From: Lama glama | Taxonomy: Eukaryota | Assembly: GCA_028534125.1 (NCBI GenBank) | Contig: CM052817.1 | Span: 76,262,001 to 76,326,000, forward strand | Direction: 5' to 3' | DNA length: 64,000 nucleotides | Shown: in pieces, positions 30,276 through 42,539 of the stretch | Numbering within the stretch: position 1 is the stretch's first letter | Layout of the letters: each line of letters opens with the position of its first letter | Translations under genes and position numbers: made by a program | Notes under the pieces: model-generated | The model's input: only the letters and a program-made list of their open reading frames with translations | Told to the model about the DNA's origin: nothing | Database searches by the model: none

Positions 30276-30785
30276 GTATTTTATTTTGTTGCTGCTAAAA
30301 AGTATTAGCACATACTTAATGGTTTAAAGCAACATAAAGTATATTGTCCTTCAATTCTGGAGGTGGAAATACCAAAATAGATCTCACTGAGCTCAAATCA
30401 AGATATTGGCAAGACTGCATTCCTTCTGGAGACTGTAGATGAAAATTTACCCCCTTGCCTTTTCTAGTTTATAGAGGTCACCTGTATTCCTTGGCTCACG
30501 GTCCCGTCCCCCATCTGCAAAGCCAATAGTCACATCATTCTAATCTCTGCTTTAACTGTCATAACTTTGCCTCCTTTGCCTCCTTCTTCCATCTTTTTAA
30601 GGATCCTGGTGATTACATTGGGTCCAACTGGATAAGCCAGGATAATATCCACATGTCAAAGTTCTTAATTTAGTTAATCTGCATAGTCCCTTTTGTAATG
30701 TAAGGTAATATATTCTCAGGTTTTAGGGATTAGGACATGGATTTTTTTTTGACAGGGGGAGGGAGTCATTATTCAGACCAGCACA
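30276..30785 (-). mobile_element. MaLR (MLT1C/D-like) solo LTR
   Basis: tgtatt...ttgctgct...ggtttaaagcaaca...ttctggaggt...gtgattacattgggtcc...gggattaggacatgga...cattattcagaccagcaca. Confidence 0.8.
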
Positions 30786-31990
30786 CACATGTTGAAGAAG
30801 AATATGGATCCAAATAGTGGAAGTGTTCCAATCATAGGAAATGACCTGGGTGAGTGTTCAGGAATCTCAAAGCATTTCAATATGGCTCAAGCAGGAAGCA
30901 AGAAGTAATCCTAAGAGAAACAGTGATCAGCCACAAATACTCAATGATTATTTAAAATTTGTTTGGAATTGCTAGCAAATGTCACATACCTTATCCATTT
31001 TTAAAGCTGGATCCCAACATAGGGTGTGGAAATTGAGAGCACTTTTGCAGTTTAAATGTGCTTCCATAGTGGAGGAAGTTTGCAAGGGAAGTAGCAGTTA
31101 CACATATATATATTTTTAATCAGATTTTTTGTCTTTGCAAACTTTTCCTTCAATGCTGAGTATAAACTCTAAACAGTCAAAGAGACACACGCTGATTTAT
31201 ACTAAAGAGATAACAGATGTGGTGATACACGCTATTGTCTTTGCTTTGCATATCTACACAGCTTGTTCAGCTTATCTTCCACTAATGTAAAGCTAGAATC
31301 ATGTAGTTATAAAATCATGGTATAAATTATGAAAGTAGCATATAAAAATGGGATTGGAAAACCACAGAGTTTCTATATGCTATAATTCTGCTCTGCTAGA
31401 ATATAGAAATGTAGCACTTTTAACCATATACCCACTTGTGTTCATTATAAAAATTCTGATTTCACAAATTAATATATTTTGAAAAAAGTTCATGACTCAT
31501 AGGGCATTTCCCAATACTTCAAAGAAGGTAACACAGACAACACAGGTCAGTAAATACAGTTTTCCTTTGAGAGTGAAAAGCTATCAATGCATTTTTTAAA
31601 AGATGGCTTATGGTGACCAGTACTAACAACATCTGGAGGAGATTGCCATAACTTTCTCTTTATCATAAAGGGAAATAAATCATTTGATTACTTGTGTTTA
31701 AATCTGTTACAAAAGTTCGCTATTTATGGATCATTTTACATCTATAAAATATGTTGGAAAGTTAGACTTATGTTGACCTTTATTTATTACAAACATTTGT
31801 TAAGAAATTGCTAAAATGGCCATGCGTTATACACAGTTTTGCTCTTGCTAAATTCTGTTTGATCACAGCAATGTCCGTGGCACTAAGTGACATGGTGTTC
31901 CCAGCTTCTGGTTAAGACAAAGGGTATGAAAAACTACTTTTGGTAGGCTGAATCAAAAGTGAAGTTTGAAAAAAAAATACTGAAATAATA

Positions 31991-32079
31991 GAGGTGGGTA
32001 TAACTCAGAGGTAGTGCATATGCTTAGCATGCACGAGGTTCTAGATTCAACCCCCAGTATCTCCATTAAATAAATAAAT
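31991..32079 (+). mobile_element. Vic-1-like tRNA-derived SINE
   Basis: gggtataactcagaggtagtgcatatgcttagcatgcacgaggttctagattcaacccccagtatctcc followed by aaataaataaata. Confidence 0.75.
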
Positions 32080-33459
32080 ATGAAAAGGGAAGTGTGAAGT
32101 CTGACCCAGAGAAGAAATCTCTCTTTTACATAGTGGTTATAGGAACAATTAATTACTGATCACCACTTCACATTTTTTTCTCTAAAAATTCAGATTGTGG
32201 GTGGTATTTACTTTTAAATTTTTTGAAACTTGTCTCATAGACAGCAGCATAAAAGACAAAGGAAAAACTAAGTCCACCACATGTTGTCAAGGACAAAGAA
32301 GACTGTGCACCATTTATTTCTGACAAGAAAAATGATTTTCATGTCCCTAACCCAACATCTTTCTCACAAATTCCCATCTATAAAGTGCATCAATCAGGGG
32401 ATGTCACTTTTGTGGAAGTCATGATTTGTATTCCTCCTAACAGCTCTCTTACTTTACAGGCCCTAAAATAGGTTCAGTTATGGCCCTAAAATAGTTTCAA
32501 TTATAACCTACAACTGCAAGAGGGCAGAAATCCATTTCCTATCTCCATTTCCTTGGCCTCACCACCATTGGATGTTATTGTCTTTCTGATAACTTGCCAC
32601 CAAAATTATTGGAGATGTGACAAAACGGACAGATGAGAACTGCATCCTTTTCACACAATCTAGTAATTAAATAATAAGGAAAAACAACCCCATCATAAGA
32701 AAAGTCAAATTATTTTGCATAAAGGTCCCAAGGCCAAGAGGAATCTTTATTATTTTCTCTGTTACAAAGCAGACCTATGATATAATTCAAGTGGAGGTGG
32801 TCTTATCTTGTGCTATAACTTTTTGTGGCTTTTATTCCAAAACAACTAATAGTTTTTGAATGTGAAATGATTTCTGGCTACACTATTGCAAGCTATTTTT
32901 TTTTTAGTTCTAATTCATCTTTTACCCAATGCATTCTTAATTACTAGCTATCTAAACTGCAACATGATTTTGGGTAGCAAATAATGGGCTCACTGAATAT
33001 TTTATTTTGCAATTTAAGATCTATTTAAATAATTCTCTTCAATACTACCCCAGTACTACCCCAAGGCATATTTTTAAAGTAGAAGAACTATTTGTCTAAT
33101 AAGAAACATATTTGAATATTAAATAAAGATTTCTAAGAGACATATTATGATAGGCATGTGCAACCTGACATTACAAAATTCAGGGTTAATTAATACTTGA
33201 AAAATATTAGAAAGAAGTCTGTTAGTAGGTATAATACTTTAGTCATTCAACATGGGGTTCAATTGTGTGAGAGAGAAACAACATAGAGGCAGGTGTCTGA
33301 CCCCAATTAGGGGCTGTAGTAAAATATGAATCCAGTGCATAGAAAAAAGTAAGGATTTAGTTTCTAATTGATGCAAAATTTGAGAACTTGACCATAAACA
33401 AAAATAATAATTTACATTACTATATGATTTTAAGAATTAGTATAAAGATAATATAATCA

Positions 33460-35245
33460 GAAAATATGGCATTGATGAAAGAGTAGATACACTGATAAAT
33501 GGGACAGAACAAAAGACCCAGAGAATGACCTACACATAGATAGTCAACTGATTTTTCACCAAGGCACTTCAGAGAAAAACGGTTGTCTTTTTAACAAACA
33601 GCCCTGGACTATTTGGACATCTGTATGCAAAAAAAAAAAAAAAAAAAAGAAAAGAAAGGAAAAAAGAAAGAAATAATAAAAATAAAGTAATCTGGACACA
33701 GACCGTACATCTTTTATAAAAACTAACTCAAAATGAATTTAAAGACTAAATGTAAAATGCAAAAGTATAAAACATCTAGAAAACACAGGAGGAAATCTAT
33801 ATGACCTTGGATTTGTTGATGAGTTTTGATCCCAAACCAAAATCCGGACTCTGGAAAAGAAAATGTGGTAATTTGGACTTTATTGAAATTAAAATTTTCT
33901 GCTCTGCAAAAGACTGTGAAGAGAATAAAAAACAAGCCACAGACAGGTAGAGAATATTGATGAATTCTGATAAAGGGGTTCTATCCAGAATATAAAAAGC
34001 ACTCATAACATTAAAAATAAGAACACAATTTTAATTTGCAAAAGATCTGAACAGATACTTCATCACAAAAATATACAGAAGACAACTAAATACATGAATA
34101 GATGGTCAATATCATTTGGAAAATGCAAATAAAAACAACAGCAACACTACTAAACGTATATTAGAATGGCTAAAATCCAGAAAACTGACAATACTAGTTA
34201 CTGGCAAGGGTAGGAGCAATAGAGACTCCTATTTGTCTCTAGTGGGAATGCAAAACAGTATAGCCATTTTGGAGTACAGTTTAGCAGTTTTGTATAAAGC
34301 CAAGCATAGTCTTACTATGTAAGTCAGCAACGGCATTCTTAAGTATTTACCCAACTGATTAAAAAAACTTAACACAGAGATATTTATAGAATACACAAAA
34401 ACTCACAAAGAGATGTTTATAGAAACATTATTTATAATCATAAATACTTAAAACAACAAAGATGTCCTTTAACAGGCGAGTGCATGAAGTATGGTACATT
34501 CAGAGAAGGAAATATTATTGAGCAAAGAAAAGGTATGAATCATTAACCTAAACAACACAGATGAATCTTAAATGAATATTACTATAAGTAAGTCTGTCTA
34601 TAAAAGCAATATACCATATGATTCCATTCATGTGACTGAAAAAGGCAGAAGTATTTATGGAAAACAAATCAGAGTTTTGGAGAGGAAGGGCGTTGGAATG
34701 GTGAGGCACAGGAGACTTTACAGGACTATGAAACTAATCTGTTTGATACTGTAGAGATGGATAAACAAACTCATAGAAATCCTCATAGCACTAAGAATGA
34801 ACTTTGTGTATCCAAATTTAAAAGATCAATTATGAGATGTGGGGATCCCAGGAAGGAATGCAGACTGTAACAAAAGAATTTGACTCTATTACAAATGTGT
34901 AACATAATATCACTGAAGGGGGTAAACAGAGAGGAACTGATCTAAGTAACTTGGGAAATGAGCAAAGACTGTAGGACTAAAGACACAAGGAAATACATAT
35001 AGTCACTGCATTCTAGCTGGTAAATGCTTCCCAAGGGGGTAAGGTGTACGATCACTGTATGTGTATACTGAGATTTACCAGATAAATACATGGATGGTAT
35101 ATGGTGGGGCAGGTTACTCACTATTGGAGTGGTAGTTTACAGATAAGCAAGAAGACAAGTCTAGAATGATCCATGTGTTTATGGACTAGAGTTGGAGTCA
35201 CCACTATCAACTCATGTGCAATTCAATATAAATACAGATACAGAT
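33460..35245 (+). mobile_element. Old L1 (L1MC/MD-like) ORF2 end and 3' UTR, part 1
   Basis: Degenerate ORF2 motifs (gtcaactgattttt, aaaattttctgctctgcaaaagac, gtgggaatgcaaaacagtatagccattttgga); continues at 38610. Confidence 0.75.
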
Positions 35246-35571
35246 TGTCTTAGTCAATTCAAGTTGCTATAACAAAATACCATAGACTGAGTGGCTTAAA
35301 CATTCTGGAGTCTGGAAGTCCAAGATCAAGGTGCCAACATGGTTAAGTTGATTCACTGAAAATTGCTTTCTCACTGTATCCTCATATGGCAGAGAGAGAA
35401 AGCTCTGGTTCCTTCATCTCCTTGTCAGGGACACTGATCTCATCATGAGGGCCTTGCTTGCATGACCTGATCTAAACCAAATTACCTCCCAAAGGCCAGC
35501 TCCAAATACTATCATGTGGGGGATTAGGGTTTCAACATACAAATTTTAGGGGGATACAAACATTTAGTCCA
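35246..35571 (-). mobile_element. MaLR (MLT1A-like) solo LTR, terminal bases displaced to ~38605-38609
   Basis: tgtcttagtc...gctataacaaaataccatagactgagtggcttaaac...ctggaagtccaagatcaaggtgcc...attagggtttcaacat...acaaacatttagtcca|tagca. Confidence 0.85.
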
Positions 35572-36522
35572 GGAGAGAGAAATAAGATGGCAGAGTAGAA
35601 GGCGCTTGTAGCTCACCCTCTCCCACAAATACACCAAAACTTACATCTACGGACCTCCTCAGCCAACCAGAGCACCTGCCGAACTCCAACAGAACATCGC
35701 CCTCTTCAAAAGATAAAGACGCCAAAAATCTGGTAGGAGAAAAGGAAAATAGAAAGAAGAAAAAGCAAAACAGCGTGGGACCAGTCCCACGGGGAGGGAG
35801 AGGCAAAGGAGGACTGGTACTCATTCGCTGGGCCCCCCTTCTCCAATGGAGAGGCCAGCAGAACAGAGGGAGAGCCTCTGAGGCTCAGATCTGCCCTGAG
35901 CACCCCTTGACCAACAGAACTGAGTTAAACAGGCACAAAGGGTCCCCACGACACCCAGCCCGAGGTGCGAGCCAGCAGCTGGGGCTGGGACTGGTCACCC
36001 GAGCCGGGCAGAGGACTGGAGCTGCTGCACTGCAGCAGCCCCGGGGGACTGCAGGGTGCTGCATGCTGTGGCATGGAGGGGATACGGAGCAGAAAACCTC
36101 AGTTCCCCATAAATTGTGAAAAAAGCAAAGTAACATGGCTGGTGTGCCCTGGCGGTAGGGGCGCCATAGCCTTTGTATCCTCAGACCTGCTCCGCCATTA
36201 CTGGCACATCTCTCGAGGAGAGAGGCGGGGTGCAGCCACAGCCACCATCTCTTCCTGTGCGCAGTGCCCAGGGAGGGGTGGGGCCGAGACCTGAATCCAC
36301 ACCCAGGGACTCAGCAACCTCTTAGGCAGGACTGAGAATTGTTTATAGCCTGAGGCAGATAGGATCTTTCTGCCCTGGCACCTCAGAGAACTTGCACCAC
36401 CAACACAAACAAGAAGCTGAGATTTGGTGCAGAGCAGGGGCAGGACTGTTTCACAGTCTTCCCTGAGCCCGCCATTGGAGCATCAACCCGAGGCAGAGCA
36501 GGCAGCTGCACAGAGTAGCAGA

Positions 36523-36745
36523 GAGACCAGTGCTGGGAGAGGGTGGGCGCCACCCCTCTTCCTGGCAGGAACGCAGCGCCTGACCACAGTGCTGGGAGGG
36601 GGCACGATCCACCCACCTGCCTACCCTAGAGCGCAGCATCTGACTGTGGCATCGGGATGGGGGAGTGACCCACCCGCCCACCAAGTAAGAGCTCAGCTCC
36701 TGACCCAGTGTTAGGAGGGGGCACGATCTGCTAGCCGACAGCCAC
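36523..36745 (+). repeat. Degenerate 60-bp tandem repeat in the L1 5' UTR
   Basis: cagcNNctgac...gga(g/t)gggg..cacgatc/gtgacc units start at 36574, 36634 and 36694, with a partial unit upstream. Confidence 0.75.
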
Positions 36746-37343
36746 TGGGAGCAGCACAGATGAGGGCGCCAATAGAGGGCCTCTGGAAACAGCAAGCTGA
36801 GTTTGCGAAACAGGGAGAAGACACAAAGACCTCTTGATAAAATCATTAAGATCACACCATCTCCAGGAGAGCTAGATAACTGCTACTTAAGCCATAGTGC
36901 CAGAGAGATATAAGCAATATGAAGAAGCAGAAGAACCACTCCCAATTAAAAGATCAATAGAAATCCCCTGAAAGCATGATCAAGGAAATAGACATTGATG
37001 GCCTACTAGATCAAGATTTCAAAAAAGGTCTGATCAAAGTACTGAAGGAACTGTAAGAAACAGTGTTTAGAGATATAAAATATGTCAAAAATGAAATAGA
37101 ATCTATATAGAAGAACCAAGTAGAATTAGTAAACACATTTGCTGAGATGAGAGCTGACTTAAAGGCTATGTAAAGCAGGCTAGATAATGCAGAGGAACGA
37201 ATGTGACCTAGAAGACAGGACAACAGAAAGCACCCAATCAGAACAGCTGAGAGAAAAACAAATAAAAAATAATGAAAACAATATAAGGGACCTATGGGAT
37301 AATATAAAGCATGCCAATCTACACATAATAGGGGTTCCAGAAG

Positions 37344-37843
37344 NNNNNNNNNNNNNNNNNNNNNNNNNNNNNNNNNNNNNNNNNNNNNNNNNNNNNNNNN
37401 NNNNNNNNNNNNNNNNNNNNNNNNNNNNNNNNNNNNNNNNNNNNNNNNNNNNNNNNNNNNNNNNNNNNNNNNNNNNNNNNNNNNNNNNNNNNNNNNNNNN
37501 NNNNNNNNNNNNNNNNNNNNNNNNNNNNNNNNNNNNNNNNNNNNNNNNNNNNNNNNNNNNNNNNNNNNNNNNNNNNNNNNNNNNNNNNNNNNNNNNNNNN
37601 NNNNNNNNNNNNNNNNNNNNNNNNNNNNNNNNNNNNNNNNNNNNNNNNNNNNNNNNNNNNNNNNNNNNNNNNNNNNNNNNNNNNNNNNNNNNNNNNNNNN
37701 NNNNNNNNNNNNNNNNNNNNNNNNNNNNNNNNNNNNNNNNNNNNNNNNNNNNNNNNNNNNNNNNNNNNNNNNNNNNNNNNNNNNNNNNNNNNNNNNNNNN
37801 NNNNNNNNNNNNNNNNNNNNNNNNNNNNNNNNNNNNNNNNNNN
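37344..37843. other. Assembly gap (500 N)
   Basis: Run of N inside the L1. Confidence 1.
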
Positions 37844-38609
37844 GAAGACATCTCAATCATTAAGAGTGGGAGAGAGAAGCAAGGAAAGCCACTGTGGAAA
37901 ACAGTATGGAGATTCCTCAGAAGACTAGGAATAGACTTACCATATGACCCAGGAATCCCACTCCTGGATATATATCCAGAAGGAACCCTACTTCAAAATG
38001 ACACCTGCACCCCAATGTTCATAGCAGCACTATTTACAATAGCCAAGACATGGAAGCAGCCTAGATGTCCATCAACAGATGACTGAATAAAGAAGAAGTG
38101 GTATATTTATACAATGGAATATTATTCAGCCACAAAAACCAACAACATAACGCCACTTGCAGCAACATGGATGTTCCTGGAGAATGTCATTGTAAGTGAA
38201 GTAAGCCAGAAAGAGGAAGAAAAATACCATGAGATCGCTTATATGAGGAATCTAAAAAAACAAAAAACAAAACCAAAAAACATAAATACAAAACAGAAAC
38301 AGACTCATAGACATAGAATACAAACTTGTGGTTGCCAAGGGGGCTGGGGGTAGGAAGGCACAGACTGGGATTTTAAAATGCAGAATAGATAAACAAGATT
38401 ATACTGTATAGCACAGGGAAAAATATACAAGATCTTGTAGTAGCTCATAGTGAAAAAAAATGTGACAATGAATATATATACATGTTCATGTATGACTGAA
38501 AAATTGTGCTCTACACTAGAATTTGACACAACATTGTAAAATAACTATTACCCAATTAAAAAATGTAAAATAAAATAAAATAAAATAAAAAAACATTTAG
38601 TCCATAGCA

Positions 38610-39745
38610 TATATGTACACATGCAGATAGTTACTCATTTAATATTCAAAAGCAATGACACCAAAGTGGCAGCAAATACAACTGGGTGAAGCCTCCAGCT
38701 CTTGTTTTCTAAAACCAATCTCCTATAAAAGGAACAAGTGGTCCTTAGAGAAATGGCTGATTCAAAGACTAGGGCAGGGAATATACAAGATGAATCTGGA
38801 GCACCTTATAATATGTAAAGTAAGAAAGTGCTCAAAATAAAACAAACCAACCAACAAAAACAATGAGTATATGTCAAAAGGACACCACAACCAACCAAAA
38901 GAGTTCTCAATGGTCAAAACTGGAAAAATTTGTACAAGAATATAAACATAGTATTGTACTACAATACAAGGGTTAAAGTAAATAAACAAGAATCCACGTG
39001 GATATAAATAAATCATTGAATAAATAAATAAATGAGGGGAAAATATAGAAATACTCTCCAGAGAAATTTCAAATAATTTATGTAGCTACATCCCCTCAAG
39101 AAAAGAGAGTATAACCCCCTACTCCTTAAGTGTGGGCTGTGCAGAGTGACTTCCCTCCAAAGAGTACAGACTGCAAATGGAGGAGAAGAGTAACTCTAAT
39201 ACGGGAGAAACCCGCCAGACACTGTCTCAACCAGGTGACGGAGGGAGCATCACCAGTGATGATGCTATGTACCCTGCAATGATGTGATGGATGTGACAAC
39301 TCACCCCTGTAATTTTTGTCATCAAAACCCATGACCTCAGTCTAATCATCAGAAAAACATCAGACAAATATGAATAAACAATACCTACATAATACCGAGC
39401 TAGTACGCCTCAAAACTGTCAAGGCCATCACAACAAGGAAAATCTGAGAAATATTTAAAGCCCAGGGAATTCTAAGGAGACACGAAGACTAACTGTAATG
39501 AAGTATTAGAGACAGAAAAAAAATGGACCTCAGATAAAAACCAAGGAAATCTAAATAAAGCATGAACTTTGGTTAACAATATTATTTCATTATTACCTCC
39601 CACGTGTGACAAACGTAGAACAGCAAGGTAAGGTGCTAGCACTAGGGTAAACCAAATACGGAGTATACGAGAAACCTCTGAACTGCCCTGACAAGTTTTC
39701 AGTAAATGTAAAAATATTCTTAAATAAGAAATTTCATTAAAAAAA
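38610..39745 (+). mobile_element. Old L1 (L1MC/MD-like) 3' UTR, part 2
   Basis: gtggtccttagagaaatggctgattc...taagtgtgggctgtgcagagtgacttcc...ctcaaaactgtcaaggccatc...gtaaatgtaaaaatattcttaaataa. Confidence 0.75.
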
Positions 39746-40391
39746 TTAGTGAGGTTGACTCAAGTGTACATGTCTAGAATGTTACCTACACGAGATTAGG
39801 AATAAAGTCAAGAAACTGTTAGTCTCAACCGGCAGTTAGGGAGCTAGCTGCCTCATTGGAGAAGAGAAGAGAACAATGCAGGTTAGTAACTGTTATTAAA
39901 AAGCAAGGAATGGCTTTTGTTCTTTATTGGACTTTAATTACTATTTAATACCATCTCTGACTCTGTCAGTGAAACTATAGTGCTAAAATTTTATTATTTT
40001 ACTCTGATGTCAGAAATTTTTTTTTAATCTGAGCTTTTCAGTGGCAAACTCAGATGTTAATTCAATGTTACAGACACCTTATTTATTTATTTATTTATTT
40101 ATTTTTGGGTTTCGAGCTAAGAATAAGTGTCCTAACCACTTCAGTCTGCGGTGCTTTCCCCTAGCTTGACAGAACTGTTCTAATTAAGTACTGCTAGAGT
40201 GCTTTCTACCTTACTCTGCTTCGAGTTTCTCTAATTGGATAGCAGTTTGCGGTAGGCTACACGTGACAGAATACACTAGTATTTTTAAACGATTTTTTGA
40301 AATATTTGACCTTTCCACAGTTAAGTCACATATTGGGAAATGAAGTCTTTCAGTTTACTCTAAGTTTCTTTTAAAGTTACAGTCCAAATAC

Positions 40392-41045
40392 CAGTGGTCA
40401 GCAAACCATGGCCAATGAGCTGAATCCATCCTGTGGCCAGTTTTTGTAAGGCCTTTGAGCTAAGAATGGTTTTCATAACAGTGTCTTCTCCCCCCACCCC
40501 AAATTCATGTCTATCTGCTACCTGTTAATGTGGCCTTATTTGGAAATATTCTTTGCAGATGTAATCAAGTTAAGATGAGGTCACTTTGGATTGGGCGTGC
40601 CCTAAATCCAGTCACTCGTCCCCATATAAAAAGTGACACAGACACAGGGAGATGGATACACACAGTGAAGAAGGTCGTGTGGAGAAGGAACAGAGACTGG
40701 AGTGAGGCGCTGACGAACCAAGGATACTGATGATTGCCAGTAACCACCAGAAGCTCGAAGAGCAGGAAAGGGTTCTTCCCTAGGGCCTTCAAAATGAGCA
40801 TGCCTGTTGATATCTTGATTTCAGACTTTTAGCTTTCAAAACTGGGAGAGGATAAACTTCTATTGTTTTAAGCCACCCAGTTTGTAGTAATTTTTTATAT
40901 CAGCCCCCCAAAACCAATACATGTGTTTCAAGGATTTTAAAAACAAAGCAATACAAAAATAAAGAAGAGCACACAACGGATATCTGTGGCCTGCCAAACC
41001 TGAAATGTCTCCTGGCTGGCACATGACGAAGTCGGTGCACCCCTG
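40392..41045. mobile_element. MER58-family hAT MITE split by an MLT1 LTR
   Basis: Left part cagtggtcagcaaac...gagctaagaatggtttt (40392-40475); right part ...tgtggcctgccaaacctgaaat...tgcacccctg (~40922-41045); ends form degenerate inverted repeats. Confidence 0.65.
40480..40921 (+). mobile_element. MaLR (MLT1C/B-like) solo LTR
   Basis: aaattcatgtc...atgtggccttatttggaaat...ctttgcagatgtaatcaagttaagatgaggtca...ttttaagccacccagtttgtagtaa...aaaccaataca. Confidence 0.85.
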
Positions 41046-41123
41046 CTTAGAGGCTTACTTTAAATCTTCCAGCAGGTGGATCCATAGCAGCTTTCAGTCT
41101 AGGGATAATTGTCCCTTATTTCC

Positions 41124-41488
41124 TTTTTTAAATTTTAAAAAAATGTAATTGAAATATAGTCAATTTACAATGTTGTGTTAGTTTCTGATGCACAGCATAG
41201 TGATTCAGTTATACATATATTCATACATATGTACCTTTTCATATTCTTTTCCATTGTATCTTATTACACTATATTCAAGTTTCCTGTACTATACAGTAGG
41301 ACCTTGTTGTTTATCTATTTTATATATAGTAGTTAGTATATGCAAATCCCCAACTCCCAATCTATCCCTCCCCACCTCTTTCCCCCTAGTAGCTATAAGT
41401 TTGTTTTTTAATGTCTGTGAGTCTGTTTTTGTTTTGTAAATAAGTTCATGTCATTTTTTTTTTTAGATTCCACCTATAAGTGATATCA
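41124..41488 (-). mobile_element. 5'-truncated L1 3' UTR fragment
   Basis: aattgaaatatagtcaatttacaatgttgtgttagtttctg...tagattccacctataagtgatatcat. Approximate TSD tccctta(t/c)ttc. Confidence 0.8.
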
Positions 41489-42539
41489 TTTTCCCTTACT
41501 TCTAACATTTGATCCTTCTGGGATGTCCTCTCCAAGCCCCAGGTGATGAACAAGCACTTTCTGCTCAGCAGGTTAAACATGTCTCTGCCCAAAGTGAGTT
41601 CTTTCCAAAGCTTCGTGTAATCTTGCCTGATACCTGCAAGGCTTAGTCGTCGGCTGACTCAGTGGGATGCCTGTGCATTTTTCCAGCATGGCTTCTATCT
41701 CTGTGGGACTCTGTTTTGCAACTTACAGACATTTAACTCAGCCTCTCCAAATTCTGACCTCCTCACCTTAGGGGGATCATCAGACTCTGTTTGGGATCCA
41801 CAGCCCTGCTCCCTGGCCTGGGATGTGACAGCCAGCAGGGTACAAGACTCACAGCAATTCTTGTTGTCCGATATCTGCAAATATTTTTTAATATATTTTT
41901 TGCTCAGTTTTCTAGTTGTGCACAGTGGAATGTAAGTCCTGACCCTGTTACTCGATTATATTTGGAAGTAAAAGCCTGCTTAGCTTTTATTTTTACCCTT
42001 TAAATGTTGGCCAGTATATTTGAGTTTAATGAGAAGAGGTAAACATGTGATGCATGTTTTAACCTGGGATATCATAGAACTTCTTCCCTGTCTAATGCCA
42101 GAGTGCTCAATTTAATTTTGTAAAACTCATTAATAGCCCAGTCCCAGATTGCTTATTTGAAGTAAAAGTGACTTTCTTGGGAAGTCCAAAAACCAGGCTC
42201 CTAAAATCACACTTTATAGCAATTCAGATCTGCTATAAGCTAATCTTCCACCCAAGGGGTTAAAAAAAAAGGTATTTAAAAAAATCCAAGATATGGGACA
42301 TTGTATTTTTTGCTTTTTGTTTTCTTTGACACATTAGATGATTATAATTCTGTTTTCTACATACCCAAGTTTCTAATATTTGAAAGAGGATCCAAATTAC
42401 TCAGTGCAGTAGTGTATATAAATGGAGTTAGAGAGGTACATGCATTTATGCAGGTCCCAAAACAAATTCATTAGTCAAATAACTGAATCATTTCAAAATG
42501 CTACACTAGCTCTTGGAGGCCTTGCTACATCAGTCTGCT

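Larger units (their letters stand above)
35572..38590 (+). mobile_element. 5'-complete lineage-specific L1, apparently lacking most of ORF2
   Basis: Perfect 14-bp TSD AAACATTTAGTCCA at 35558-35571 and 38591-38604. GC-rich 5' UTR with YY1-like AAGATGGC (35584-35591). ORF1 remnant from ATG 36919 (MKKQKNHSQLKDQ*...DLWDNIKHANLHIIGVPE) has several stops. After the gap come the ORF2 C-terminus ([10 protein letters not shown]...CTPMFIAALFTIAKTWKQP), 3' UTR and a (TAAAA)n tail. Confidence 0.9.

Noticed and set aside
36523..36745. CRISPR-like repeat-spacer array
   Set aside because: Mammalian DNA; units are degenerate along their whole length, with no unique spacers and no cas genes.
35564..36855. 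Second CpG-rich region with several ORFs, as a gene promoter or exon
   Set aside because: It is the 5' UTR of the TSD-bounded L1.
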